33,359 nt of DNA from NCBI GenBank assembly GCA_964410115.1, contig CAYPHK010000004.1, positions 1 to 33,359 of the forward strand, in the 5' to 3' direction. Position 1 is the stretch's first letter. Every line of letters begins with the position of its first letter. The notes below the pieces were generated by a model. It searched no databases and had not been told where the DNA came from. It saw nothing but the letters and a program-made list of their open reading frames with translations. Shown piece by piece: positions 1-11,591 of the stretch. The DNA is from an uncultured Leptospira sp. (GTDB taxonomy: Bacteria; Spirochaetota; Leptospiria; Leptospirales; Leptospiraceae). A program made the position numbers and the translations under genes.

Positions 1-606
1 CTCACGATTTAACATTTTATGATGCTTAGATTCCTCAAATCCAATTGGGTTCCACAGAGGATGATGACATACAAGAAGATATTTTGGAATTCCATTCTCT
101 TTTAAATAAGAAATCGTATCCGCAATTACTTTTTCATCCACCCTACCCGCTGCATTCCCAATTCCTGATGGAAAATTAGAATCCCATCCAATAACCGGTA
201 TTTCTTTGGTTGATTTAACTTTTAGATATTTATCCTCTTTAATATTTTCTCCTAAAAATTCTCCAAAATACTTTTGAAAATAATCCACAGGTTGGATTGC
301 CGACTTCATATATCGATCATGATTGCCAGGAATCATAAATGCTTTTTCATTCAATAAAGGATCTAAAAGTTCCCTCGCTTTCTTAAACTCCACTTCATGG
401 GAAACATTCGTTATATCTCCTGAAATTATTAAAAGATCATAGTTAATGGACTGAATAACATTTATTAGGGATTGATATAATTGACCGGGATACTTTTTCC
501 TTCTTCGCAAAAAATAATTAAAATATCCCGTAAACATCTTCCATCGGAGGGAAAGGAGGGGGATCTCCGTTGGAAAATGAAGATCCGATATATGAATAAC
601 TTTCAT
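1..606 (-). CDS. calcineurin-like metallophosphoesterase, partial (C-terminus lies beyond the window start)
   Basis: Not in the ORF track because there is no stop in the window. My reverse-strand translation from ATG (606-604) stays open to position 1: MKVIHISDLHFP...IISGDITN...IPGNHDR...LLVCHHPLW. The DxH, GDxxN, GNHD and HH motifs are the metallophosphoesterase signature. Confidence 0.85.
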   Translation of the reverse strand, partial: MKVIHISDLHFPTEIPLLSLRWKMFTGYFNYFLRRRKKYPGQLYQSLINVIQSINYDLLIISGDITNVSHEVEFKKARELLDPLLNEKAFMIPGNHDRYMKSAIQPVDYFQKYFGEFLGENIKEDKYLKVKSTKEIPVIGWDSNFPSGIGNAAGRVDEKVIADTISYLKENGIPKYLLVCHHPLWNPIGFEESKHHKMLNRE

Positions 607-607
607 C

Positions 608-865
608 TTATTCTGAAAATTCCAATAATCCCAAAACCTGATCTTTTACTACTAGATCCCCTGCTTTTCCATACAATTCTATAATTCTCCCATTTACGGG
701 TGCTTCTACAGGAAAGGAAGCCTTATCAGTTACCAATTCCACGAGCTCATCTCCTTCTTTAACATCATCCCCAACCCGAACAAACCACTTCAAAAGTTCG
801 ATTTTGTCGGTGTCACCTAAGTCAGGTGTTCTCAGTTCCAGAGTTTTTTTTGTGATTTCAGCCAT
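608..865 (-). CDS. stand-alone lipoyl-attachment (biotin/lipoyl superfamily) domain protein, 85 aa
   Basis: VELVTDKASFPVEAPVNGRI matches the E2-type lipoyl-lysine motif (E/T)-(T/S)-DKA followed by P-x-x-G, not the biotinyl (A/V)MKM motif. The stop at 608-610 is 1 nt from the ATG of the downstream phosphoesterase gene. Confidence 0.8.
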   Translation of the reverse strand: MAEITKKTLELRTPDLGDTDKIELLKWFVRVGDDVKEGDELVELVTDKASFPVEAPVNGRIIELYGKAGDLVVKDQVLGLLEFSE

Positions 866-911
866 AATTATGAAAACCTGCTTGCAAAAAAATCATGTAA
901 ATTATTTATAC

Positions 912-1775
912 ATGGTATTGAACAGAGCGAATATGGGAAACCAGAAAAAATACCTCAACAGCAAGGAAATTTCGAATAGATTACCCGAAATAATTAAGAG
1001 AAACTACCTTCACTTTGAAATTAAAGGTCTCACGAGAGACACAAGAGACTTAGTTTCCAATATTGTAAATGGAATAACGGAAAGACTAGAAGCGGATCCC
1101 CTATCCTCCTTTCATCTCTTTAGTGGATTGATGGAAGCACTTCTAAACGCGGTCAAGGGGAATATACGGTACACTATTTTTAAAGATGAGCTAACAAAAC
1201 GTCTAATTACGGTAGAAAATACCCCTCATGAGGAAGTTGAAAAACTTTTAGATGTAATCTTAGATACAAAAACTCTGAGAGATTCCATGCAGAGATATAT
1301 TGTTCCTGATAAAATCAAAAAAGAAGTTCAACGTATCTTGACTCTAGAAGAAAAAATTAGAGTAAAAAAACAAGAAATCTCTGACTTCGATCGAGAAATA
1401 CTTCTTCGTATTCGTGAACAAATAAGAAAAGATAATCGTAAGATTTCCATGAAAATTAGAATTTCCGGGAATGAACTTATGATACGTATCAAAAATGATG
1501 CTCCTGTGATGGAAAGTGACATGAGCAGGATAAATGAATCCAGAAATAAACACCATGAGCTTTTCCAGGAAGGAAAATCTTCGGATTTCTTTCGCCCTGA
1601 AAACTTAGATGAAAAAGAAAGTGCAGGATTTGGTATTGCTATGATTGATGAAGGGTACTATAATATGGGGTTAAATCCCTTAGAGTTATTTACCTATCTG
1701 CAGGGGAAGAATTCCACAACAGTATATCTGACATATCCTATTGATAAACTCAAAGCAGGTGCATTTTCATTTTAA
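912..1775 (+). CDS. hypothetical protein with degenerate GHKL (histidine-kinase/anti-sigma-factor-like) ATPase features
   Basis: ORF 804-1775, but its first ~36 codons overlap the divergent lipoyl gene, so the start is more likely ATG 912 or ATG 933. LMEALLNAVKGN resembles an N-box. ISMKIRISGNELMIRIKNDAP resembles the G1-box strand pair with DxGxG degenerate. ESAGFGIAMI resembles a G2 box. A charged helical segment of about 100 aa lies between the N-box and G1. Confidence 0.55.
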   Translation: MVLNRANMGNQKKYLNSKEISNRLPEIIKRNYLHFEIKGLTRDTRDLVSNIVNGITERLEADPLSSFHLFSGLMEALLNAVKGNIRYTIFKDELTKRLITVENTPHEEVEKLLDVILDTKTLRDSMQRYIVPDKIKKEVQRILTLEEKIRVKKQEISDFDREILLRIREQIRKDNRKISMKIRISGNELMIRIKNDAPVMESDMSRINESRNKHHELFQEGKSSDFFRPENLDEKESAGFGIAMIDEGYYNMGLNPLELFTYLQGKNSTTVYLTYPIDKLKAGAFSF

Positions 1776-1834
1776 ATAACAATAATTATTTTATTATTAT
1801 TTAGAATAATTATAATTTTATTGATATGATATTT

Positions 1835-2131
1835 TTATAAATATTTTTTTTCAGGAGGAAAATAAATATCAATCAATTCATCAAGCTCGTCATCTGTGAT
1901 TGGGCTTTGAATTGCGAATAAATCCGTGTCTGTTTCAAGCATAAAACGAATTATTTCTCTGCATTCATACTGCTCATACCCTTCTAAGCCAAGTTGATTT
2001 TCTAGTTCTTTGCGTTTAATCCAATATTCCCGCTTCCGTTCTTCTTGTTGGGCTTTTCTCTGTTTTTTTAACTCGCTAAGTTTTCGTTTCTTAGGTTCCT
2101 GATTTTCCATTCTAGATAACTCCTCTTTCAT
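1835..2131 (-). CDS. hypothetical small highly charged protein (98 aa)
   Basis: Clean ORF with a Lys/Arg/Glu-rich N-terminal half (KKRKLSELKKQRKAQQEERKREYW) and an acidic C-terminal half. No recognisable domain. Confidence 0.5.
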   Translation of the reverse strand: MKEELSRMENQEPKKRKLSELKKQRKAQQEERKREYWIKRKELENQLGLEGYEQYECREIIRFMLETDTDLFAIQSPITDDELDELIDIYFPPEKKYL

Positions 2132-2331
2132 TCTCTATTGAGAATCTCCAATTGAAAAAACACCAAACACTCAACCTTTACGCATTCAATCTAAGACATT
2201 AGTTTTAAAAGTCAATTTAAATTAATTTCTTTAGAAAAAAGTAATTCAAAAATATTTTATTTAATAAAAAATTTACTTTATGTTTAACAAAAAATTATCG
2301 ATTTATGGCTATAAAAACTAAAAATATTGTA

Positions 2332-3252
2332 TTACTTTTTTAATAAATAAACTTTATGAATCAAAGGATCTTTAAAATCTAGAGGAATTGTATCACCCGA
2401 AATATCCCTAATATTTTTTAATACTATCAAGTCTGCTTCAAATTTGAATTTTCTATAATTTGTTGAAAATAGAATCATTCCTCCGGGAGATAGAAATTCA
2501 GAAGTAGTATTGATTAGATATGAATAATCTCTTTGAATATCAAATTTATTTAACATTTTTTTGGATCTAGACATTGTTGGTGGGTCTATCACAATAAAAT
2601 CAAATTTCCAGTTTTTCTGCTTAATGTTTTCTAGAAAGAAAAATACATTATCCCGTATTACAATATGCTTATATGGGTCTAATTCATTTAGGTAAATATT
2701 ATCTTTTGCCCACTCACAGTATGTATTGGACATATCAACAGAAGTAGTAAATTCAACACCATTTTTAGCTGCTACAAGACTAAATGCTCCCGTGTAGGCA
2801 AATAAATTTAATACTCTTTTCTTTCCTATAACCAATTGCGAAAAGATATCTCTCGTTTTTCTATGATCTAGAAATATCCCGGTATCTAAATAATCTGTTA
2901 AATTAATGTAGTACGATATTTTCTTTTCTTGAATGATGATTCTTTTTTTTCGAGTATCAAATTTTTCATATTGAGAACCATCTTTCTGTTTTCTTCGAAT
3001 TTTATAATAAATATTATTTGGATTTATTTTAGGAAATAAGGATTTAAGAGAAGTTTCTGTTTGAGATTTTAGATCATTTATACTTATATTATTTTTTTCG
3101 TATAAATATACGTGAATATAATCACCATAAATATCTATAGATACTGGATAAATTTCATCCTCCCTATCATATAAACGATAGGCTTCAATCTTTTCGTTTT
3201 TTATCCAGGTGGAAAGTAAATCATAATTATTTTTAATTCTATCGTATAACAT
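2332..3252 (-). CDS. class I SAM-dependent rRNA methyltransferase, RlmK/YcbY C-terminal-domain-like
   Basis: YINLTDYLDTGIFLDHRKTRD, VLNLFAYTGAFSLVAA (SAM-binding loop), SVDMS and FDFIVIDPPT match the RlmI/RlmK/RlmL family pattern. Confidence 0.8.
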   Translation of the reverse strand: MLYDRIKNNYDLLSTWIKNEKIEAYRLYDREDEIYPVSIDIYGDYIHVYLYEKNNISINDLKSQTETSLKSLFPKINPNNIYYKIRRKQKDGSQYEKFDTRKKRIIIQEKKISYYINLTDYLDTGIFLDHRKTRDIFSQLVIGKKRVLNLFAYTGAFSLVAAKNGVEFTTSVDMSNTYCEWAKDNIYLNELDPYKHIVIRDNVFFFLENIKQKNWKFDFIVIDPPTMSRSKKMLNKFDIQRDYSYLINTTSEFLSPGGMILFSTNYRKFKFEADLIVLKNIRDISGDTIPLDFKDPLIHKVYLLKK

Positions 3253-3253
3253 T

Positions 3254-3844
3254 TTATCTGAGTGGCTTAAGAATTTGCTCTCTTAGTTCTAGAGCGATAG
3301 GGAGACTTCCGAATAATCCTCCTCTTTCATCTGTTAAATAAAAGGTATCCATTACTGTTTGAGTATTCGGATCCGTTTCGATTTTTGCCGCTTTGATATC
3401 GATTTTGTATTCCATTAAAACTTTAGTGACATAGTACAGAAGTCCCTTCCCATTGTCTGCTTCTATGTAGAAAACTGTTGCTTGTTTTTCTAAATCATCC
3501 TCAAAAATTAATTCTTTTCTGCCTTTAAAAAATTTTTTAGGTTCTACTCTTTGTATATTTAGAGATTTTATAACATCTTGCAATGTATTTTTATTAGAAA
3601 ATACGGTATCCATAAGCAATCCTAGTTCCACGGGATGCTTTTTCCCCTCTTTTTTTAACTTTATGATATCATAAGAGTATTGCTTCCCCTGCTCTTCCAT
3701 TGTTCGAATATCACCCGAAAGAATGTCCCAATCTAAACTATAAATAACAGCAACCATCTTGTGGAAGGTTCCAATCTGGGTCATTTCTGTTTTGAGGGTG
3801 ATGATTATTTCCTCACCCATAGTGTTAAAATTAAAATCTATCAT
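3254..3844 (-). CDS. tandem ACT-domain protein (GlnD C-terminus-like regulatory domains)
   Basis: FYIEADNGKGLLYYVTKVLMEYKIDIKAAKIETDPNTQTVMDTFYLTDERGG follows the ACT pattern seen at the C-terminus of uridylyltransferases. The N-terminal half looks like a second, weaker ACT repeat. The stop is 1 nt from the methyltransferase start. Confidence 0.55.
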   Translation of the reverse strand: MIDFNFNTMGEEIIITLKTEMTQIGTFHKMVAVIYSLDWDILSGDIRTMEEQGKQYSYDIIKLKKEGKKHPVELGLLMDTVFSNKNTLQDVIKSLNIQRVEPKKFFKGRKELIFEDDLEKQATVFYIEADNGKGLLYYVTKVLMEYKIDIKAAKIETDPNTQTVMDTFYLTDERGGLFGSLPIALELREQILKPLR

Positions 3845-3969
3845 AAATCCAAGAATATCATATCAATAAAGGATTCTAATCTGTCAATGAATGGGGTAGA
3901 AAAATTGTTTTTAATAAATGAATAGCTTCCGTTCTTTACAAAATCAATGAGTCTGACGAAAGGTATAAT

Positions 3970-7121
<3,152 letters not shown>

Positions 7122-7224
7122 CTAAAAACTCAGGTATAGAAGGCAAGTGATTTATAGAACTCCCATAAAATCCTAAGGACTTGGTTTAATTCAATCGAGA
7201 GAAAAATCTCCCCTCTTTTATAGA

Positions 7225-8319
7225 TTAATAGAGTCCTTTGATGGAGTTTGCAATACGACTCACATTGTCTTTGGTAAGATTGGGATAAATAGGAATGCAG
7301 TGTCCTCTTTGGTACAATCTTTCCGAATTGGGAAATTCTGAACCAGAAAGCCCCATTTCTTTAAAGAGGGGCTCCCCGGCTGTTTTTTCGGTTCCAATGA
7401 GTAGGGATTTAAAATATCTTTCCACTTCTTCGTAAGGTTTTTTTATTATAATTGGAAATCTATTGAATTGATCCTCTGAGGCGTTTTTAAAAAAAGTCTC
7501 ATGGGAAGTGGAAAGTACTGCCTGGAGATAAACCTGCGCTATCTTCTTTTTTCTTTCTATAATTATTCCCAATTTAGAAATCTGCTCTATTCCCATTGCC
7601 GCCTGAAAATCTAGCATATTGTAGTCATATCGTATTAGAGAGGGAGACTTTTTCTTTTGATTAAGATTAATTTTTGAATTTCGGATAAATTCTGCCAATG
7701 AATCATTTAAAGTGGAGATAACAGCTCCATTCCCCGTGGTTATTACATGAGTGGATGCTAATCCACAGATTCCAATAATTCCCTGTTTTCCCACTTGAAT
7801 TGTATCTGAATCAGCACCCACTGTTTCGGAATAATCTTCAATGATTGGAATTTCTTTGCAATCATAGTTTTTCAAATTAACTAAACATCCGAAGGTATGA
7901 TCAAAAATTATTGTTTTGGGTTGAATCTCATCTACTTTTTTATTGAAGGATTCTACATCCATATGAAATGACGATTTACCCAGATCAACTATACATGGGT
8001 TTGCCCTTAGTAAAAGAATCGCGTAGTACGCAGAAAGTGGAGCAAATGGACTTAGTAGTACATTATCATCATCTTTGATACCTAAGGCAAGAAGAGAAAG
8101 ATGGTATGCAGAAAATAAGCTATTTACCGAAATTACATTTTTATGCGAAAAAGTTGATTTAAACTCTTTTTCGAATTTATCTACAACTGAACCGGTATCA
8201 ACGAGATCATCTACTAGACAATCCAGTACAGTTTGTAATTCTTCTTTTGAGAAAGTAGGACGATGGTATTCAATATTTCTTTTTGAAGCATTGAACTTTT
8301 CTAATGCGTTAGATGCCAT
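7225..8319 (-). CDS. DegT/DnrJ/EryC1/StrS-family (fold type I, sugar aminotransferase/dehydratase) protein with His at the PLP-lysine position
   Basis: Family layout: VVDKFEKEFKSTFSHKNVISVNS..., IIEDYSETVGA (PLP Asp region), GICGLASTHVITTGNGAVI. The last segment aligns position-for-position with the family motif SFHxxKNxTxxEGG. Confidence 0.8.
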   Translation of the reverse strand: MASNALEKFNASKRNIEYHRPTFSKEELQTVLDCLVDDLVDTGSVVDKFEKEFKSTFSHKNVISVNSLFSAYHLSLLALGIKDDDNVLLSPFAPLSAYYAILLLRANPCIVDLGKSSFHMDVESFNKKVDEIQPKTIIFDHTFGCLVNLKNYDCKEIPIIEDYSETVGADSDTIQVGKQGIIGICGLASTHVITTGNGAVISTLNDSLAEFIRNSKINLNQKKKSPSLIRYDYNMLDFQAAMGIEQISKLGIIIERKKKIAQVYLQAVLSTSHETFFKNASEDQFNRFPIIIKKPYEEVERYFKSLLIGTEKTAGEPLFKEMGLSGSEFPNSERLYQRGHCIPIYPNLTKDNVSRIANSIKGLY

Positions 8320-8560
8320 AATTATTGTTCTATTTTTATATTAATTATTTAAATCTGTTTTTTTAAATTGCTTCGATTCATTTTATATTTTGAATGAATT
8401 CCAACCCGAAGCAGAAAGCTAAATAAAGAAATAGAATAAAACTTTAGAATCCAGGGATTTTTTTAAAGCCCATCTCTCATAAAGATTTAACCTAAATTCT
8501 CAAATAACGAGATAAAAAATCGGTATTTTAATTTCCTTACTTTGAAAGTTTCGGTAAGAA

Positions 8561-9499
8561 ATGAAGAAAACTATAAATGAAATTCAATCTATAGGAGTCT
8601 TAGGAGCGGGTGCTGTAGGATCTTTTTATGGGTGTAAATTACAAAAATCAGGCATAAAAACACAATTCCAATCACAACTCTTATTCAAAGAAAAAGTTAA
8701 GAAAATAAATATAAAAAGTATTTGGGGAGATTTTTCAATTCCTGTAGAAGTTTTTGCCGATCCGAAAGAAATGACGAAATCGGATTTACTTATAATTTCG
8801 ACAAAAATAATCAATATACAAAGAGATGTTGAACAACTAAAATCCTGGTTAAAAATTTTAGTAAAACCGGAAACGATAATTCTATTGTTGCAAAATGGAA
8901 TCAATATTGAGGAAAAACTGCAAACTTCTTTTCCTAAGCAAGTGATTGTTGGTGGCCTTGCCTTTACCTGCATCAATAGAGTAAGTCCCTATCGAATTGA
9001 ACACATTGATTATGGTAAAATAAAAATTGGTTCTTGTTTAAAAGAAAACAATGAAATAGCAAAAAAACTGGTACTTCTTTTCCAAAATGCAGGGATAGAT
9101 TGTGATTACCTACCCTCCTTACGAATGGGGAGATATGAAAAATTACTTTGGAATGTACCTTTTAACTCACTTTCTGTTCTATTTAACTCAAAAACAGATA
9201 TGTTAATCAAAGAAGATACTACTCTAAAATTAGCATATAATTTAATGATGGATATCTATCGAATAGCCAGAAAAGAAAGAATACCTCTAAATAGAAAATT
9301 GATTCCTGAAATGATAGAAAGAACAATCAAGATGAAGCCTTATAAAACCTCTATGCTACTTGATTATGAGTCAAAAAGAAGTCTCGAGATTGAAACAATT
9401 TTAGGAGAACCTTTTAGAACAGCAATGGACCTAAAGATAAAAGTTCCCTACCTAGAAAGTATATACTACATTTTAAAACATATCCAAATTTATTCTTGA
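8561..9499 (+). CDS. panE: 2-dehydropantoate 2-reductase (ketopantoate reductase, ApbA/PanE family)
   Basis: N-terminal Rossmann motif IGVLGAGAVGSFYG, central LQNGI, and C-terminal KTSMLLDYESKRSLEIETILG, typical of PanE. Confidence 0.85.
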   Translation: MKKTINEIQSIGVLGAGAVGSFYGCKLQKSGIKTQFQSQLLFKEKVKKINIKSIWGDFSIPVEVFADPKEMTKSDLLIISTKIINIQRDVEQLKSWLKILVKPETIILLLQNGINIEEKLQTSFPKQVIVGGLAFTCINRVSPYRIEHIDYGKIKIGSCLKENNEIAKKLVLLFQNAGIDCDYLPSLRMGRYEKLLWNVPFNSLSVLFNSKTDMLIKEDTTLKLAYNLMMDIYRIARKERIPLNRKLIPEMIERTIKMKPYKTSMLLDYESKRSLEIETILGEPFRTAMDLKIKVPYLESIYYILKHIQIYS

Positions 9500-10137
9500 T
9501 GGGTTTTGAAATACAAAAGTGTAGCTAATACACCATTAGAGTTATCAATATACTTTAGAATATCACTAGATGGACACAAGAATGTTTCAATGTGCTCATT
9601 TTCATCCTTTGCTCCTGTTTGTTTATTTTTAAATTCCGATAGTTCATTACTTTTTAGTTCGATATCACAATAAAAAAAATATCCTGCTTCATCTAAAAGT
9701 CCGGGAGAGCTATAAAGTTGCTTTTCCCATAAAAGATGAAGATCTTCTTTTTTAAGTAGAAGACCGGTCTCTTCTTCTACTTCTTTCAGTGCTACTTTGT
9801 AGGGATCCGTCTCACTGTCACACATTCCTGCTGGATGCTCAAAAAAAACTGCTCCATTGGCTATTCTTCTTTGTTTTACTAATAAAAAATATTTTTCATT
9901 AGTTTCAGAATCTTTGATAGCAACGACTACAGAAACAAAATTCCCTCTAATTAGTACAATTGGTAAAAGAGGAATTCCATCAGGATCGGTAGCTTTTATT
10001 TCTAATAAAGAAAAAAGTAAATCACCGGATCTTTTATGAACCGAATATTTCTCTTCAATTGTATTTATTTTAATATTATTATTTAATAAGGATTTTTTCC
10101 AAACATTGAATTTTACTGACTCGTCCCATTTTTCCAT
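9490..10137 (-). CDS. NUDIX hydrolase, ADP-sugar pyrophosphatase (NudF)-like
   Basis: Nudix box AGMCDSETDPYKVALKEVEEETGL (G-x5-E-x7-(R/K)E-x2-EE-x-G). The downstream SSPGLLDE resembles the NudF-type SPG-x-x-x-E motif. Confidence 0.8.
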   Translation of the reverse strand: MEKWDESVKFNVWKKSLLNNNIKINTIEEKYSVHKRSGDLLFSLLEIKATDPDGIPLLPIVLIRGNFVSVVVAIKDSETNEKYFLLVKQRRIANGAVFFEHPAGMCDSETDPYKVALKEVEEETGLLLKKEDLHLLWEKQLYSSPGLLDEAGYFFYCDIELKSNELSEFKNKQTGAKDENEHIETFLCPSSDILKYIDNSNGVLATLLYFKTHQE

Positions 10138-10139
10138 AT

Positions 10140-10862
10140 TTATACTCCTAATTCTAAGATATATTCTTTCGATTCGTTTGTCTCACATGGTTGCTGATTT
10201 TTGTAGAGTAGTTTTATTTTATTTTGCTTAATGGAAATAATTGTATTAGAGACAGTATGTGCTTCCCTCCTGTGCATACAGGGAGACTTTGCCCCTTTTT
10301 CGGGAATATGACAAGTTAAAAAAGCTGAAAAAGTATTTTCAAAGTCCATTGAGTCTTTATTCGAAAACTCATCTGCAAATGTTTTTGCTCGAATATCTTC
10401 AGCTTCAGCTCCTAATACAAAAGAACTGGCTATTACCTTCCAATTCTCGCAGTTTTGTACTAAGTTTACCGTTTCCCCATCCCAAGAAAGTATCCTTGTA
10501 TTTTCCAGAGTAACTTCCAAAATGCGAAATGGGTAATAAGAGATAAGATTTTCTTTGGAAAAAAAACCAAAGTCAATTTCTTCTTTTAATAAATTCTTAA
10601 CCAGAAATCCCCTACTAGTTGGATTTCTGAGAATTTTTAAATTTGCTTCATATAAATTTAATAGAGCATAGATTTTATTTTTCGAATTCACCCCAATCCA
10701 TGTTCCACCATAGTCACCATCAACGGGATAGAGAATTTTGATTCCCTTACTATTTTCTTCTAATGGATCCGAAGCCGGTTTTCGCTTGACTGATTCATCA
10801 CGATTAAATCCCATTCCGAATTCACTATTGAGGATATCCCTATAAATTATAGATGTGCACAT
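10140..10862 (-). CDS. NRDE-family protein (bacterial TANGO2 homologue)
   Basis: Starts MCTSIIY (Cys2, as in Ntn-type folds) and carries the eponymous GFNRDE motif. Size (240 aa) fits the family. Confidence 0.8.
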   Translation of the reverse strand: MCTSIIYRDILNSEFGMGFNRDESVKRKPASDPLEENSKGIKILYPVDGDYGGTWIGVNSKNKIYALLNLYEANLKILRNPTSRGFLVKNLLKEEIDFGFFSKENLISYYPFRILEVTLENTRILSWDGETVNLVQNCENWKVIASSFVLGAEAEDIRAKTFADEFSNKDSMDFENTFSAFLTCHIPEKGAKSPCMHRREAHTVSNTIISIKQNKIKLLYKNQQPCETNESKEYILELGV

Positions 10863-11060
10863 ACTTGAATCCTTTCTAACCTAATTACTGAGTATCAAAA
10901 ACCTTACGAATTCTATCAAATTACATTTACCCATTTTATTGGAAATCTAGACTTGAACAGGCAAATTCTTTCGAAAATAACTACAAATTTTTTCTTGGAA
11001 TAATTATAAAGTAGATAAAATTGCAACGATAGAAATCCTTTAATTTAAAAATAAAAAATT

Positions 11061-11591
11061 ATGATATTCTTAATTTTTGATCACAATTATTACAAAGATC
11101 TCTACGCGGAATATAAAAAAGAGAGGGTAACTTTCGAGAGATTTCTTCTATTAGCAAATATCTTAGGATATGGAAGTTTACTTTTGTACGTCGCTCTTTT
11201 AATTTTTCTAAAAACAGTTGATCTCCGTTTTGTTGCATTAGATTTATTTTCTATATATACTCGATTTTCTATCATTATACTACATAAATATTATGAAGTC
11301 CCCTCAATTTGCACTAACCTCTTTTCTGAAGACGAAAAATTAGTAACTTATAGTTACAAAACAATCAATGCCCATAGAAAAGAAATTTTAGGATGTCTAT
11401 GGATTAATCTTTTTGGGTTGGGCTATGATAGAACTCTACTTGATGCAAAAGTCGATAAGATTCAACATCTGCTTTCAGAAAGATCAGAGACTAATTGGAA
11501 AACTATTGGTTTTTTTTATTTAATAAAGTATTGCTTTGTTACAATTATTTTATCAATATTTATAATATATATATCCTTATTTAAATACTAA
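11061..11591 (+). CDS. hypothetical integral membrane protein (176 aa)
   Basis: Several long hydrophobic stretches (LLLANILGYGSLLLYVALLIFL; IGFFYLIKYCFVTIILSIFIIYISLF). Very AT-rich. No recognisable domain. Confidence 0.45.
   Translation: MIFLIFDHNYYKDLYAEYKKERVTFERFLLLANILGYGSLLLYVALLIFLKTVDLRFVALDLFSIYTRFSIIILHKYYEVPSICTNLFSEDEKLVTYSYKTINAHRKEILGCLWINLFGLGYDRTLLDAKVDKIQHLLSERSETNWKTIGFFYLIKYCFVTIILSIFIIYISLFKY

Noticed and set aside
804-911. N-terminal extension of ORF 804-1775 (MSVSPKSGVLSS...)
   Set aside because: It overlaps the 5-prime end of the well-supported divergent lipoyl-domain gene (608-865). The internal ATGs at 912 and 933 are more plausible starts.
1776-1834. AT-only palindromic stretch (AATAATTATT...) between convergent genes as a bidirectional terminator
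   Set aside because: There are no G/C-containing stems. Any hairpin would be very weak, and I cannot distinguish it from background AT-rich sequence without folding energies.
8320-8560. The longest intergenic region (241 nt) as a possible riboswitch or sRNA locus upstream of panE
   Set aside because: It has only weak 5-7-bp AT-rich stems (ATTCATT/AATGAAT near 8378-8400), no conserved riboswitch core that I recognise, and only a trivial 10-codon ORF. A divergent promoter region is the simpler explanation.
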